Of a DNA stretch of 64,000 nucleotides, positions 63,943 through 64,000 are shown one piece after another. A program made the translations under genes and the position numbers. Position 1 is the stretch's first letter. Every line of letters starts with the position of its first letter. The notes under the pieces were generated by a model that was not told the origin of the DNA, made no database searches, and worked only from the letters and a program-made list of their open reading frames with translations. Source of the stretch: Octopus vulgaris (lineage: Eukaryota); assembly GCA_951406725.2 (NCBI GenBank), contig OX597818.1, positions 58,404,001-58,468,000 on the forward strand, written 5' to 3'.

Positions 63943-64000
63943 TAATAGTAGTCTATTTTATTGCCCAATATAATAAAATTCATGACATGGAATTCTGACG

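Overview
AT-rich, microsatellite-dense eukaryotic DNA, probably intronic or intergenic. The SINE families resemble those I recall from octopus/cephalopod genomes, but this is inference without a database check. No host gene can be supported. The only long real CDSs belong to one near-intact CR1-group LINE at about 8200-12510: ORF1 has a PHD-like finger plus polyQ, and ORF2 is APE endonuclease + RT with no AUG, overlapping ORF1 in the -1 frame. The rest is a dense TE landscape: at least four tRNA-derived SINE families (many with TSDs), RTE, mariner and Tc1 remnants, two 8-bp-TSD MITEs carrying telomere-like repeats, a non-autonomous Helitron, and local duplications. The most unusual signal is a set of fold-back elements containing hammerhead-ribozyme cores: a near-complete type I hammerhead at 43258-43321, and two copies of a tRNA-headed SINE-like element whose tail carries a Penelope-type minimal hammerhead (36910-37403, 62586-63253). 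Almost all short ORFs in the track are microsatellite or antisense artefacts.
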